Source of the DNA: Pseudanabaenales cyanobacterium
GTDB lineage: Bacteria > Cyanobacteriota > Cyanobacteriia > Pseudanabaenales > Pseudanabaenaceae
NCBI GenBank assembly: GCA_038246525.1
Contig: JBBRVV010000001.1
Location: 1 to 27,084, forward strand
Direction: 5' to 3'
Length of the DNA: 27,084 nucleotides
Position numbers and translations under genes: made by a program. Shown in pieces: positions 7,641-18,283 of the stretch. The notes under the pieces were generated by a model, which saw only the letters and a program-made list of their open reading frames with translations, made no database searches and was not told where the DNA came from. Position 1 is the first letter of the stretch. Every line of letters starts with the position of its first letter.

Positions 7641-8636
7641 ATGGCGCGTATGTACTATGACATCGATGCAAATCTTGACTTATTGCAGGATAAAACCATT
7701 GCCATTATCGGTTACGGTTCTCAGGGACACGCCCATGCGCTAAATCTGAAGGAGAGTGGACTAAATGTGGTAGTGGGGCTATATGAAGGTAGCAAGTCTT
7801 GGCAAAAAGCCCAGGCAGAAGGACTAACGGTCAAGACCGTAGCGGATGCGTCTGATGTAGCTGACCTGGTTATGATCCTGTTGCCCGATGAAGTGCAGAG
7901 AGCAGTCTACACCAAGGAAATTTTGCCCCAACTCAAAGCTGGTAAAGCTCTAGCCTTTGCTCACGGTTTCAATATTCACTTTGCTCAAGTTGTGCCTCCC
8001 GCCGATGTAGATGTGATCATGGTCGCACCAAAGGGTCCTGGACATTTAGTGCGACGCACCTATACTCAAGGTCAAGGTGTACCTGCATTGTTTGCGGTTT
8101 ATCAAGATGCTTCGGGTCATGCACGCGATCGCGCCATGGCTTATGCTAAAGGAATTGGTGGCACACGCGGCGGTATTTTAGAGACAAGCTTTAAGGAAGA
8201 AACTGAGACTGACTTGTTCGGCGAACAGGCGGTACTGTGTGGCGGTTTGAGTGCTTTGATCAAAGCGGGGTTTGAAACTCTGGTGAATGCGGGCTACCAA
8301 CCTGAATTGGCTTATTTTGAGTGCTTGCATGAAGTGAAGCTGATTGTGGACTTGGTGGTAGAAGGCGGTTTGGCAAATATGCGTCACAGTATTTCTAACA
8401 CAGCAGAGTATGGCGACTATACCAGAGGCGATCGGATTATTACTGATGCCACTAAGGCGGAAATGAGAAAAATTCTGGCTGAGATTCAGTCTGGACAATT
8501 TGCTCGCGAGTTTATTTTGGAGAATCAAGCAGGAAAGCCTGGCTTTACGGCAATGCGTCGCCATGAGTCCGAATTGCAAATTGAATCTGTTGGCAAAGAA
8601 ATTCGTGCCATGTTCCCTTGGTTGAAGAAAGTTTAG
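7641..8636 (+). CDS. ilvC: Ketol-acid reductoisomerase (class I)
   Basis: [77 protein letters not shown]. Confidence 0.99.
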   Translation: MARMYYDIDANLDLLQDKTIAIIGYGSQGHAHALNLKESGLNVVVGLYEGSKSWQKAQAEGLTVKTVADASDVADLVMILLPDEVQRAVYTKEILPQLKAGKALAFAHGFNIHFAQVVPPADVDVIMVAPKGPGHLVRRTYTQGQGVPALFAVYQDASGHARDRAMAYAKGIGGTRGGILETSFKEETETDLFGEQAVLCGGLSALIKAGFETLVNAGYQPELAYFECLHEVKLIVDLVVEGGLANMRHSISNTAEYGDYTRGDRIITDATKAEMRKILAEIQSGQFAREFILENQAGKPGFTAMRRHESELQIESVGKEIRAMFPWLKKV

Positions 8637-8871
8637 TTTCTGTCTAATTATCAAGGGATTACTAAAAAGGTATTAGGGGATTTTGAGGGGGGTAAAAAGA
8701 GGCGGACTCAAAAAATGGGCGGCATAATTGAAGAATAATTCGCTAGCGAACTAATCAAGTTTGATCAAAAGTAATGTCCGATCAAAATTTGTTACAATTC
8801 TTCAAGATGTGATTGCGATTTTTCCTCCTCAGTCTCCTTAAAACCTCCCTAAAACTTCTCTTTAATAATTT

Positions 8872-10344
8872 ATGGATTTTAATCAACTGCAAATTGCCAA
8901 AGAATTAGAATCTTTGCAGTATCAAACCCGCAGTAATCAGCTTGATACCTCTTGGCGCGATCCACTGTCTACTCTACTTGGCTTGGGCAAAGCCGCAGGC
9001 GCAGATTTGATCGAGTTTTTCCTAGAACGGAATAATTACATCAGTTGCTTAGCGGAAGAAGATATTATTACTAGCATTTCGCCACGTCTTTCTACTGGCG
9101 CAGGAATCAGGGTATTTCGCGGCATGGTTGACTGTTACGTTAGCACTAATGACCTCAGCTTTGCAGGGTTGAAAGCTGCCTTAGAAAAAGGCTTATCTAT
9201 CTTAGGCTTGAATTTACCAGCGCCCCGTGCGTTTGTGCCTGATACTAATTTGGAATTGTTGCGAGACTATGGCGCTGTTGGTGTCAAAGAAGCTTGGCTA
9301 GGTGGCTGTAGTTCAATTCAAGAAATGGGCGAAATCCTCTTGAAGGCTACGGACGAATTCAGAAAGCAAGCAAATCACGTTCAATCTCGTCGTGCAAGTT
9401 ATTTTCGGGATTGGCAAGAAGTGCTGGTTGCTGCTAGTGATGGGACTTTTGCGCGGGATATCCGCTTGACCCAATCAGTCGGATCTAGTTTGCTTTGTGC
9501 GGATGGGACAAATCGCTCTTCTATTAGTAAGCGAAATGGTGATACTAGCAATCCCAACTTTTTACGGGAATGGAACTGTGCTGAAGATGTAGCTGAGATT
9601 TCCGAATCGGCAGGAAAAATGCTTTACGCTGACTTTATCGAGTCGGGTACTTATCCTGTAGTGATGGCGAATCAGTTTGGCGGTGTGATTTTTCATGAAG
9701 CCTGTGGACATTTATTGGAAACCACTCAAATCGAAGCGAAGACTACCCCTTTTGCCGACAAGAAGGGAGAAAAGATTGCCCATCAGAATTTGACGGCATG
9801 GGATGAAGGATTGAGCGATCGCGCCTTTGGTAGCTTGGATATGGATGACGAGGGAATGCCTGCCCAAAGAACACTCTTGATTGAGAATGGCATTTTAAAG
9901 AATTTTATTAGCGATCGCGCAGGCGAAATGCGCACTAATCATCGTCGCACTGGCAGTGGTCGTCGTCAAAATTATGCCCGCGCTGCTGCTAGTAGAATGC
10001 GAAATACTTACATTGGCGCAGGTGAATATTCTAAGGAAGATTTATTCGCTTCGATTGAGCGTGGCATCTATTGTAAAAAAATGGGTGGTGGAAGTGTGGG
10101 TGCAACGGGACAATTCAACTTCAGTGTAGAAGAAGCTTACTTGATTGAGAACGGGCAAATCACAAAACCAATGAAGGGGGCAATTCTGATTGGCGAGGCG
10201 AAGGAAATTATGAACGATATTTCGATGTGTGCGAATGATTTGGCGCTTGCGGCAGGTTTTTGTGGCTCAGTAAGTGGCAGCATTTATGTGACCGTCGGGC
10301 AGCCTCATCTCAAGGTTGATAAGATCACCGTCGGTGGCAGATAG
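8872..10344 (+). CDS. tldD: TldD metalloprotease (TldD/PmbA family, catalytic subunit)
   Basis: [14 protein letters not shown] (HExxxH), [13 protein letters not shown]-terminal GFCGS...VGQPHLKV. Confidence 0.93.
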   Translation: MDFNQLQIAKELESLQYQTRSNQLDTSWRDPLSTLLGLGKAAGADLIEFFLERNNYISCLAEEDIITSISPRLSTGAGIRVFRGMVDCYVSTNDLSFAGLKAALEKGLSILGLNLPAPRAFVPDTNLELLRDYGAVGVKEAWLGGCSSIQEMGEILLKATDEFRKQANHVQSRRASYFRDWQEVLVAASDGTFARDIRLTQSVGSSLLCADGTNRSSISKRNGDTSNPNFLREWNCAEDVAEISESAGKMLYADFIESGTYPVVMANQFGGVIFHEACGHLLETTQIEAKTTPFADKKGEKIAHQNLTAWDEGLSDRAFGSLDMDDEGMPAQRTLLIENGILKNFISDRAGEMRTNHRRTGSGRRQNYARAAASRMRNTYIGAGEYSKEDLFASIERGIYCKKMGGGSVGATGQFNFSVEEAYLIENGQITKPMKGAILIGEAKEIMNDISMCANDLALAAGFCGSVSGSIYVTVGQPHLKVDKITVGGR

Positions 10345-10411
10345 CCCTTTTCTCTTTCCTTCAATTTTGCGAATTAGTAAATACCACCAGAATTAAAACA
10401 AATAGAAAATT

Positions 10412-11770
10412 ATGACCGCGATCGCTAACCTAAAAGAGAATGCCAAAGCTGTAGCCCAGAAACTGGGGATTCAAAAGTTTGATATTTATGGCTCTACGGT
10501 AGATGAAACCAGTGCCGAAGTTGATAGCGGGAAGACCAAACAGGTGAGTGCCGCCAATCGAGCCAGTATTACGGTGCGAGTTTGGGGAGAGAATCATAGT
10601 GTGGGGATCACTTCTACTACAGATATTGATCCTACTGGTTTAGAATTGGCGCTGCAAACTGCTAGAGATGCCAGTGCCTTCGGCGTGAAAGAGCATATTC
10701 CCGATTTCAGCCCTGCGGTTGGGCAACCAGTGGTAGATTTGGGCGATCGCACTGCTAATCAGTCTCCAGTTAGCGATTTAGTAAATGTTCTGCTTGAAGC
10801 CGAAAAAGAACTCCTAGCAACTCATCCTGCGATTATCAGTGTTCCCTATAATGGGCTTTCTCAAAGAGATGTATCTCGTTTCTATTTGAATAGCGAAGGA
10901 GCAATGCGCCAAGAAAGTCTTTCCTATGCTTCTATTTATCTCTACAGTCGAGCTGAGCAGGAAGATCGTAAACCTCGCAGCGGCGGTGCTTATCGAGTAA
11001 ATCGGAAGCTAGCGGATTTGGATGTAGCAGGATGCTTGAAAGAAGCAGCCGAAAAAGTAATCAGCCATTTGGATTATGCCAAGATTACCACGGGTAAATA
11101 TCGAGTGGTATTCTCACCCGAAGCTTTTTTGAGCATAATTTATGCCTTCTCAAGTTTGTTTAATGCTCAGAATATTTTAGATAAGCAAAGCCTCTCTACG
11201 CCTGAATCTTTGGGTCAAGCGATCGCTTCTCCATTGCTTTCGCTAACAGATTTTGAACTTCATCCTAGTAATATTGGTGGCGTAAGCTTTGATGGTGAAG
11301 GTACTCCTGTTGGTCATACTTCCCTAATTGAATCTGGAGTATTGCAGAACTTTTTGCATAGTTCGGTAACTGCGAAGCGAATGAATGCGAAGCCCACCGG
11401 AAATGGCAGCATTGGCGCAAAAGTCTCAGTTAGTCCTAATTTTTTCTGTGTCTCTGCCAGTGACGAAAAGCCAGATATTGATTATGCGCTTGATCAGGCT
11501 GAGAATGTAATTCTGATTGATGAATTGCAAGCCCTTCATGCTGGTGTGCAATCTTTACAGGGTTCTTTCTCTTTACCTTTTGAAGGCTGGTTAGTGAATG
11601 GAAGCGATCGCCCTAATAGTAGAATAAGTATTGAATCTGCCACAATTGCGGGAGATATTTTTCAGTTATTAAAATCAATTATCTACGTGGAACCTGAGCT
11701 AAAAGTAACTCCCAATGGCGTTGCTCCCCAAGTATGGGTGGAAGGGCTGTCGATTACGGCGGGAGATTAA
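10412..11770 (+). CDS. tldE: TldE/PmbA family protein (non-catalytic partner)
   Basis: Follows tldD; FDGEG, LIESGVLQNFLH, TGNG, GSFSLP motifs; no HExxxH. Confidence 0.88.
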   Translation: MTAIANLKENAKAVAQKLGIQKFDIYGSTVDETSAEVDSGKTKQVSAANRASITVRVWGENHSVGITSTTDIDPTGLELALQTARDASAFGVKEHIPDFSPAVGQPVVDLGDRTANQSPVSDLVNVLLEAEKELLATHPAIISVPYNGLSQRDVSRFYLNSEGAMRQESLSYASIYLYSRAEQEDRKPRSGGAYRVNRKLADLDVAGCLKEAAEKVISHLDYAKITTGKYRVVFSPEAFLSIIYAFSSLFNAQNILDKQSLSTPESLGQAIASPLLSLTDFELHPSNIGGVSFDGEGTPVGHTSLIESGVLQNFLHSSVTAKRMNAKPTGNGSIGAKVSVSPNFFCVSASDEKPDIDYALDQAENVILIDELQALHAGVQSLQGSFSLPFEGWLVNGSDRPNSRISIESATIAGDIFQLLKSIIYVEPELKVTPNGVAPQVWVEGLSITAGD

Positions 11771-11773
11771 TTT

Positions 11774-12313
11774 ATGGCGATGCTCAAAAAACTTGTAAGC
11801 GAATTGTTAATAGTAATTTCTCTAGCTTGTCTGATTCTCTTGGTGAATATTCCTGTTGCTCTTGCTGCAAGTTCTAGTAATAGCTTACTAAGTCATAATC
11901 TTGTGAGTAGAATCGACACGATCAAAGCTAAGATGCAAACTCTGCGATTTTGTCACAATGGAAGTTGCTTTTATCGTGAAGTTGGTAGCAAAATTCTGCC
12001 GCCAGCTTCTGCCAATGGAAATTATAGTGCAGTTATTTCTGCAATTATAGATCGCCCTTCTGCTTCTCCCGATAAAGCTGATTATCATTTTGAATTGATT
12101 AATGATCATTGGCAATTGCGCAAAGGAGAAGAGTATACAGATGTGGCAGATTATATGTTTAATGACGATCGCTACGAAATTTTTAGTGTGCATAACAATC
12201 GCAATTTACATGGAGATATAGCCAAAGCTAGAATTGACGGAAATCTCAAATCTGGTTATATTTCTCTTTATTTTGAGGTATTAGACAAAGGGATAGAGAG
12301 AGAGCCAAAGTGA
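11774..12313 (+). CDS. Hypothetical secreted protein
   Basis: Signal peptide (KK, hydrophobic core, ALA); starts 3 nt after the tldE stop and overlaps the next gene by GTGA; no family recognised. Confidence 0.65.
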   Translation: MAMLKKLVSELLIVISLACLILLVNIPVALAASSSNSLLSHNLVSRIDTIKAKMQTLRFCHNGSCFYREVGSKILPPASANGNYSAVISAIIDRPSASPDKADYHFELINDHWQLRKGEEYTDVADYMFNDDRYEIFSVHNNRNLHGDIAKARIDGNLKSGYISLYFEVLDKGIEREPK

Positions 12314-13557
12314 ATGCCCAGAATAATTTCCAGGATAATTTAGAGATTTATGAGAGTTCTTTAGGTAAATCTTTACTTAATCTCTGGTATTTAGATCCTG
12401 AAGCTACCTATCTCAATCACGGCTCTTTTGGCGCAACTCCCAAAGTAGTATTAACGGCACAACAGGCATGGCAGCAGAAGTTAGAAACTCAGCCAGTCAA
12501 ATTTATGAGCGAAGATTTGGGAATTGCTCTACGCCAAGCTGCGGCAGAGTTAGCTAACTTTGTTGGCACTGATCCTAATAATTTGGTCTTTGTGGAAAAT
12601 GCCACGGCAGGCATGAATACTGTTTTGCGATCGCTAGACTTTAGCTCAGGTGATGGGATTCTCACCACCAATCATGGATATGCTGCGGTACAAAATGCTT
12701 TGCTTTATACTTGTGAGCGACATAACTTAAATCTAATTGAAGCCCAAGTTCCCTTTCCCATCGATTCTGAAGATCAGGTTTTAGAGGCTATTATTCAAGC
12801 CCATAGAAAATCTCAGAGAGAATCTAAAGTAAAAGTGAAATTATTAGTAATCGACCATATCACTTCGGCAACAGCGTTAATTTTTCCGCTCAAACAGCTA
12901 ATAGATTGGGCACATTGTGAAGGAATTCTGGTACTGGTAGATGGCGCTCACGCTCCTGGTGCGATTCCCTTAAACTTGCAGGATCTCGGTGCAGACTGGT
13001 ATGCGGGTAATTGTCACAAATGGCTATTTGCGGCTAAAGGCTGCGGGTTTTTGGCGGTTCTGCCTCAACATCAAGCATCTATTCATCCTTTAGTGATTTC
13101 CCACGGTTTCAATTCAGGATATTTAGCCGAGTTTGATTGGGTTGGCACTAGAGATTGTAGTAGTTGGTTAAGTATTAATACGGCGATCGCTTTCCATCAG
13201 AGTTTTAATCAAGGTCAAGAAGGATTTTTATACTCTCACAATCATCAATTGGTGATCGAAGCAGCAGAAATTCTCAGCGAATCTTGGCAGCAAGATCTAC
13301 CCGCTCCTGAATCTATGCTGGGCACAATGGTTTCTATCGCAGTTCCTCAAGGTATTTATGCGAGCTTAGATAGCGTATCTTTACACAATCTGCTATGGCA
13401 AAAATATAAAATCGAAGTGCCAATTATTCCCTTTAAAGATCATCTGAGCGATCGCTTGTGGTTAAGAATTTCCGCCCAGATCTATAATCAACTTTCCGAG
13501 TACAAGTATCTTGCAGATTCTCTATTACAGATTCAAGCTAAATCTCTCACTAAATAA
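12310..13557 (+). CDS. Class V PLP-dependent enzyme (isopenicillin N epimerase / cysteine desulfhydrase / hercynylcysteine sulfoxide lyase-like)
   Basis: YLNHGSFGA, FVENAT, DHITS, DGAHAPG, GNCHKW (PLP Lys), WVGTRD, LRISAQIYN. Confidence 0.88.
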   Translation: MNAQNNFQDNLEIYESSLGKSLLNLWYLDPEATYLNHGSFGATPKVVLTAQQAWQQKLETQPVKFMSEDLGIALRQAAAELANFVGTDPNNLVFVENATAGMNTVLRSLDFSSGDGILTTNHGYAAVQNALLYTCERHNLNLIEAQVPFPIDSEDQVLEAIIQAHRKSQRESKVKVKLLVIDHITSATALIFPLKQLIDWAHCEGILVLVDGAHAPGAIPLNLQDLGADWYAGNCHKWLFAAKGCGFLAVLPQHQASIHPLVISHGFNSGYLAEFDWVGTRDCSSWLSINTAIAFHQSFNQGQEGFLYSHNHQLVIEAAEILSESWQQDLPAPESMLGTMVSIAVPQGIYASLDSVSLHNLLWQKYKIEVPIIPFKDHLSDRLWLRISAQIYNQLSEYKYLADSLLQIQAKSLTK

Positions 13558-14504
13558 ATCCAAGGATGTTCAACTTTGGCATAGATATTTTGACCAAATG
13601 GCGGCGAAACCGAGCGATTAGGCGCATTTAATAATTCTATAAACTTAGTGATTTCGGCAAAATCCACTTGATGCTCTAAGTGAAAGTGTAAAAACTGGCG
13701 CACAATTCTTCTCTGTAAGGCGATCGCTTGATCATTTAATTCTGCCCGATTTAGTCTAGGAACAGATTCTGATCGCCAAAATTCTTTAGCTTTCGCTTCC
13801 AAATAAGTGACATCAGCATGTAGTAGCTCTGCGGTCTGGGCTAAGGCAATCTCAACTTGGGGATTAAAATGCTCTGCCATGTAGGGAATCAATTCTGCTC
13901 TAATTCGATTGCGGCGATACTTGAGATCATTATTAGTAGAATCTTGCCAAATTGAAAGATTCAATTCAGTGCAAAACTCCAAAGTTTCTGGTCGACTAAC
14001 TTCCAATAGCGGACGCACTAAGCTGAGATTTGGATTCAGATTTCGTTGCCAACCCAACGACTGTAAGCCGTCACTCCCAGAACCACGCATCAGATTGTAA
14101 AGTAAAGTTTCAACGCGATCGCTGCGAGTATGACCAGTTACTATGATTTCGTATTTCTCTTCTTTTGCTATTTGTTCTAGCATTTGATAGCGCCAAGTTC
14201 TAGCATTAGCCTCATTGGCAAGAGGTAAATCTGCAACTCTCAAATGAAAAGGAATCTGCCAAGAATTAGCCAACTCCTGCACTTGAATTGCACAAGCTGC
14301 GGAATCAATTCGCCAATTATGATCACAATGAGCGATCGCTAACTGCCAATGCCATTTGGATTGTGCCTGTCGCAAAAGTTCAGCTAAACATAGCGAATCC
14401 TGTCCACCAGAAACCGCAATCAATATTCTAGAATTTTGGGCTAAAAGTCCAGTCTTGAGCGCTTGATTAAATTTTGCCCGTACCACCTTGAGTGCAGAAG
14501 CCAT
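13533..14504 (-). CDS. tilS: tRNA(Ile)-lysidine synthase
   Basis: AVSGGQDS PP-loop, HCDHNWR, ARTWRY, TGHTRSDRVET, LVRPLL, DSTN...RNRIR. Confidence 0.97.
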   Translation of the reverse strand: MASALKVVRAKFNQALKTGLLAQNSRILIAVSGGQDSLCLAELLRQAQSKWHWQLAIAHCDHNWRIDSAACAIQVQELANSWQIPFHLRVADLPLANEANARTWRYQMLEQIAKEEKYEIIVTGHTRSDRVETLLYNLMRGSGSDGLQSLGWQRNLNPNLSLVRPLLEVSRPETLEFCTELNLSIWQDSTNNDLKYRRNRIRAELIPYMAEHFNPQVEIALAQTAELLHADVTYLEAKAKEFWRSESVPRLNRAELNDQAIALQRRIVRQFLHFHLEHQVDFAEITKFIELLNAPNRSVSPPFGQNIYAKVEHPWIYLVRDLA

Positions 14505-14656
14505 CTAAATTTTGATTAGGAAATTAACTCACCCAAAAAATCCCAAAAAAAATCCCAGTTGAGCTGGTCAGTCTGGGAAAGTTAATTATGAGGAGTAAAA
14601 TTTGGTGATTTTTCTGCCATTATTCTACTTTAGTAATTAGAAGAATAGGTTGAAAT

Positions 14657-15571
14657 ATGAGTTTTTTTCAGGTCGATTCCAGACTAAAAGCGTTATGTGA
14701 ACAAACATTACAAGCTACAAGCGATCGCTTTGGCATTGCCACTAATCAAATTGCCCTGACTTTGTTGGAATATGCGCAAATATCAATCATTGGCGCTGGT
14801 AAGCAAAATCCAACTTTCTTGAGCAATCAACCACCTGGATATAGTCATCGTGGCGCAGAGCTTACTTTTCCTGCTAGTGTGGCTAAGCTTTTTTACTTAG
14901 TGGCATATCATGAATGGCTAGAGCGGCGCATGATCTCAATTAGCCCAGAGGCTGAAAGAGCACTAAAAGACATGGTGGTTGATTCTGGTAATGATGCCAC
15001 AGGTTTGATCGTAGATATTTTAACTGGGACTACTGGCGGGCCTGAACTAGCTGAATCACCATTTGGTACTTGGAAAAAACAACGCCAGATTGTGAATCGC
15101 TACTTCCAAAGCTTAAACATTCCCGAATATAGCAACATTAATATTTGTCAAAAAGTTTGGGCGGAAGGTCCCTACGGCAGGGAAAGAGCGTTTTATGGTG
15201 AAGATATGGGAAATCGTAATCTTCTGACTACTGATGCCACTGCTCATCTGCTCCATAGCATTATTTCAGGCGTTGCCGTGAATAGCGATCGCTGCCAAGC
15301 AATGAGAGAACTACTCTACCGCAGTCTCGATCCCAAAGACCTAGCCGCCGATCCAGAAAACCAAGTAACAGGCTTCCTCGGCGGAGGCTTGCCTCAAACC
15401 GCCAAACTTTGGTCAAAAGCAGGCTTGATGAGTAAAGTGCGACACGATGCTGCCTATATCGAAGTTCCTGGCAGATCGGCATTTACGCTGGTGGTATTTG
15501 CCGAAGGATTCGCTCAAAACCAAGAGATTTTACCGTTTATCTGCCAAGCGATCGCTACTACAAAAATCTAA
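14657..15571 (+). CDS. Serine hydrolase, class A beta-lactamase-like fold
   Basis: FPASVAK (SxxK), DSGNDAT (SxN), WSKAG (KTG-like), RHDAAYIE. Confidence 0.85.
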   Translation: MSFFQVDSRLKALCEQTLQATSDRFGIATNQIALTLLEYAQISIIGAGKQNPTFLSNQPPGYSHRGAELTFPASVAKLFYLVAYHEWLERRMISISPEAERALKDMVVDSGNDATGLIVDILTGTTGGPELAESPFGTWKKQRQIVNRYFQSLNIPEYSNINICQKVWAEGPYGRERAFYGEDMGNRNLLTTDATAHLLHSIISGVAVNSDRCQAMRELLYRSLDPKDLAADPENQVTGFLGGGLPQTAKLWSKAGLMSKVRHDAAYIEVPGRSAFTLVVFAEGFAQNQEILPFICQAIATTKI

Positions 15572-15582
15572 TTAACTAGGAA

Positions 15583-17319
15583 TTAAGCTCCAGCAGGTAA
15601 AGTGGCGATCAATAAACCTAAAGCCAAAGCACCGAACCCAACCACAAAAGCCCAGAAGCGATGATAGCTATTTACTACCGTGCCACTATTACTTTTTAGC
15701 TGAATCAAGTCCATGTATGGCGTAACGCCACGACGGAACCAGCCAATAGCTTCCACCTTCATCCCAATCAGACTTTGAACTCGCTTCATCCCAAACAAGA
15801 AGTTACCAATCGCCCCAAAGCGAGAAGCATAGTGAAGATACATCAGACCACTACGATCCTTTAATTGCAGATCGGAACCAAAATTGTTACCTGCGTCACC
15901 GCGTCCGATCAATTTACCCTGTAATTTAGCTGGGGTACCTCTGAGGGGGCTAGCATAGGGATCGGACATTAGACTTAAAACATTAGTAGAATCGGCAGAT
16001 TTATAGTTGGGATAGGAAGCAAGGGTTTTGATAATACCGCCGATGCCATAGCCAATCAAAGCGGTACCAAAGCTAAAGATAATACTATCACTATCAACAT
16101 CACCATCTAAATTTGAAGCGATCGCGCCAAAAATAAAACCTAAAATAGCGCCCAAAAAGTCACTGCTATGTAAAAGTACTTCAATTACAAAGCTGGAATA
16201 GAGACGCTTCTTGTCTAAGGTTCTGCCCTCGGCTACTACCCTAGCCATATCAAACTCCACTGCCAGATCTAGCTGTTCCGCATAGTTGCTTAAGGCTCTG
16301 ACGCGCTTGCCCGTAAGCGGATGGGTAGAATTTAGCTCCAGCCAGCCACCCCAGGGATTGTAGAGATCCCATAAAAATACGCGACCCACCTGTTCTGGTT
16401 TAGCGGCAACTCGATAGGCTGTACCCGTAGAAGTGGCTGATTTGGCATCATAAATTCCCAGAGTCCGAGTTCCTTCAGCAAGCTGACTGGGTTCACCACT
16501 GCGTTCGCCTTCTTCCACGATACCGTAGGCGATTTTGACCAAGGCACGGGATAGAGCATTTGGATTGGCTGTGGTTTCGGCGGCAAACATGTCCGCAAAG
16601 TATTCCCTAGTGCGAGAAAGATAAAGTAATAGATAGGTACCAATCTCATAGAAGATATAGGCAACTAGAGCCGCCACTTGGGCTGCACCCTTAGCTTTTT
16701 CACCTAAATCAAGGCGGCGAGCAAAAACATAGATCAAATACATGATCTGCACCAGGGTTGAAGCTACTGTCATCACTGCAAAGTCCCAATGCACGATATG
16801 ACCTAGCTCGTGGGCGTAAACCGTGGCAATTTCATCATCATCTAAATAGGTAAATAGTCCAGCACTGACCACCAATCGAGCATTATTGCGCAAAGTGCCA
16901 TAGGTAAAAGCAGTGGGGTTTTGATCATCAATTAAGCCTAAACGGGGCTGGGAAATCTTGTTTTCACGACAAACTCTGGCAACTACTTCTGCCGACTCAG
17001 GGCTGCGTTGGGCTAGTTCATCTAAAGTAATCCATTCGGTCTGATAGAGCCACTTTTGCGATAAATCCATCAAAAATGGCGAGGTAAAGAAAAATGCAGC
17101 ATTAAAAACTAGGGTGAAAGCGATCGCGATCCCTAGCCCCAGCCCAGGATTTTGGCTATTTGAGATCAGGGTTAGGCCTAAGATTAGGGCCAACAGTAAG
17201 CCACTAATTAAGCCCATTGTTACGATGGAAGCGATCGCTAGATTCCCCATTCCAGCTAAGCCAGTAAGTCTTAGTCCAGTATTTTCGGCACGATCAGCCT
17301 TATCAAACGAATTACTCAT
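15583..17319 (-). CDS. Membrane zinc metalloprotease, HtpX/M48 family, with C-terminal extension
   Basis: PTAFTYG, HELGH (HExxH), SRTREYFAD, LSRALVKI, STHPLTGKRV; several TM segments. Confidence 0.9.
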   Translation of the reverse strand: MSNSFDKADRAENTGLRLTGLAGMGNLAIASIVTMGLISGLLLALILGLTLISNSQNPGLGLGIAIAFTLVFNAAFFFTSPFLMDLSQKWLYQTEWITLDELAQRSPESAEVVARVCRENKISQPRLGLIDDQNPTAFTYGTLRNNARLVVSAGLFTYLDDDEIATVYAHELGHIVHWDFAVMTVASTLVQIMYLIYVFARRLDLGEKAKGAAQVAALVAYIFYEIGTYLLLYLSRTREYFADMFAAETTANPNALSRALVKIAYGIVEEGERSGEPSQLAEGTRTLGIYDAKSATSTGTAYRVAAKPEQVGRVFLWDLYNPWGGWLELNSTHPLTGKRVRALSNYAEQLDLAVEFDMARVVAEGRTLDKKRLYSSFVIEVLLHSSDFLGAILGFIFGAIASNLDGDVDSDSIIFSFGTALIGYGIGGIIKTLASYPNYKSADSTNVLSLMSDPYASPLRGTPAKLQGKLIGRGDAGNNFGSDLQLKDRSGLMYLHYASRFGAIGNFLFGMKRVQSLIGMKVEAIGWFRRGVTPYMDLIQLKSNSGTVVNSYHRFWAFVVGFGALALGLLIATLPAGA

Positions 17320-17425
17320 AGTTACTCCCTTAGAAAAGTGACCTGTAAGCTAAATTATAGAGTTAAGCCGAAAACTTGGTAAGTAAGTCTGAAAAGTAAC
17401 CTATAGATCGGCGTAAAAATAGCCT

Positions 17426-18253
17426 CTAAACAGTTTGCAGTAGCCAAAAGCCAGCAAAATTGGTGGATTCGGCACTAGCTTGGATTGCCAGGAAATGAAC
17501 GCCTTTGGCTGTTAGCTTGGTATTTTCAAAATTTTTAGCGTCAGCGATCGCTTTACCATTGGTTACAGTTGCCAGATTCCAGCGAGTTTCGCCACCCGCA
17601 TCTAAAATTAACTGTGCTTGGCTAATACTTTCGCTAAAGCTTAAAAATACAGGATCGGCACCAGACATCCAGGCAGAGAGGGGAGTGGCGCGGCGTGAGT
17701 AAATGATGATGCCAGGAACTGGGGTAACTTCAGGTAGATTCAGCGTAAATAATTCGCCAAAATCGATTTGCCATTGGTCTGCTTCACTAAATTCGGCGGC
17801 GGCTAGACTGGCAGTGATCCACTTTTCCCCCATTAGGGCGGAAGGAATCGGCTGAGGGTTGGGCATAGGCAGCAGTTTGAGCGGCAGTGGATCGATCGCT
17901 TGAAATCCTGGCTGCTCGGCATAAACAGTTTCCATACGTGCTTGTAGCCATTGCGCTAAAGTAAATACACGGCGAGATGCTTGGGCGGTGAGTCCTGCTA
18001 GTTTGCAACCCCTGACAATAATGTTGTTCATGCTTGGGCGAAAGAATCGCACTTTAATCGGTAAGGGCGCAGTTTGTAAGGCAACTTGTAGCTGCTCTGC
18101 CAACCATTCAGAATTGACCCGATCGCCAGGACAAATCTGCACAAATTGCCATGAGCGATCGCTGTTACAGATCAAAAGCTCCCAAATTTTTTTATTATTG
18201 CTATCTAAAACTGGGCGCGAAAAAAAATCTAGTTCCCAAATTACGGCGGTCAT
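17426..18253 (-). CDS. Tab2/Atab2 family RNA-binding protein (DUF1092)
   Basis: IWELDFFSRPVLDSNNKKIWELLIC N-terminus, RFFRPSM, GVHFLAIQ...FAGFWLL C-terminus. Confidence 0.9.
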   Translation of the reverse strand: MTAVIWELDFFSRPVLDSNNKKIWELLICNSDRSWQFVQICPGDRVNSEWLAEQLQVALQTAPLPIKVRFFRPSMNNIIVRGCKLAGLTAQASRRVFTLAQWLQARMETVYAEQPGFQAIDPLPLKLLPMPNPQPIPSALMGEKWITASLAAAEFSEADQWQIDFGELFTLNLPEVTPVPGIIIYSRRATPLSAWMSGADPVFLSFSESISQAQLILDAGGETRWNLATVTNGKAIADAKNFENTKLTAKGVHFLAIQASAESTNFAGFWLLQTV

Positions 18254-18283
18254 TCCTTAAACCCAAATTACTGCAAGATCATT

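Noticed and set aside
8178-8654. 158-aa antisense ORF
   Set aside because: Lies opposite the highly conserved ilvC and has no recognisable motifs
8739-8769. Palindromes ttcgctagcgaa and tttgatcaaa upstream of tldD
   Set aside because: No match to a regulator consensus I can name, and short palindromes are expected by chance in 27 kb
14657-15571. Antibiotic-resistance beta-lactamase call
   Set aside because: Motifs are divergent, no export signal is seen, and the deacylation Glu cannot be confirmed by eye
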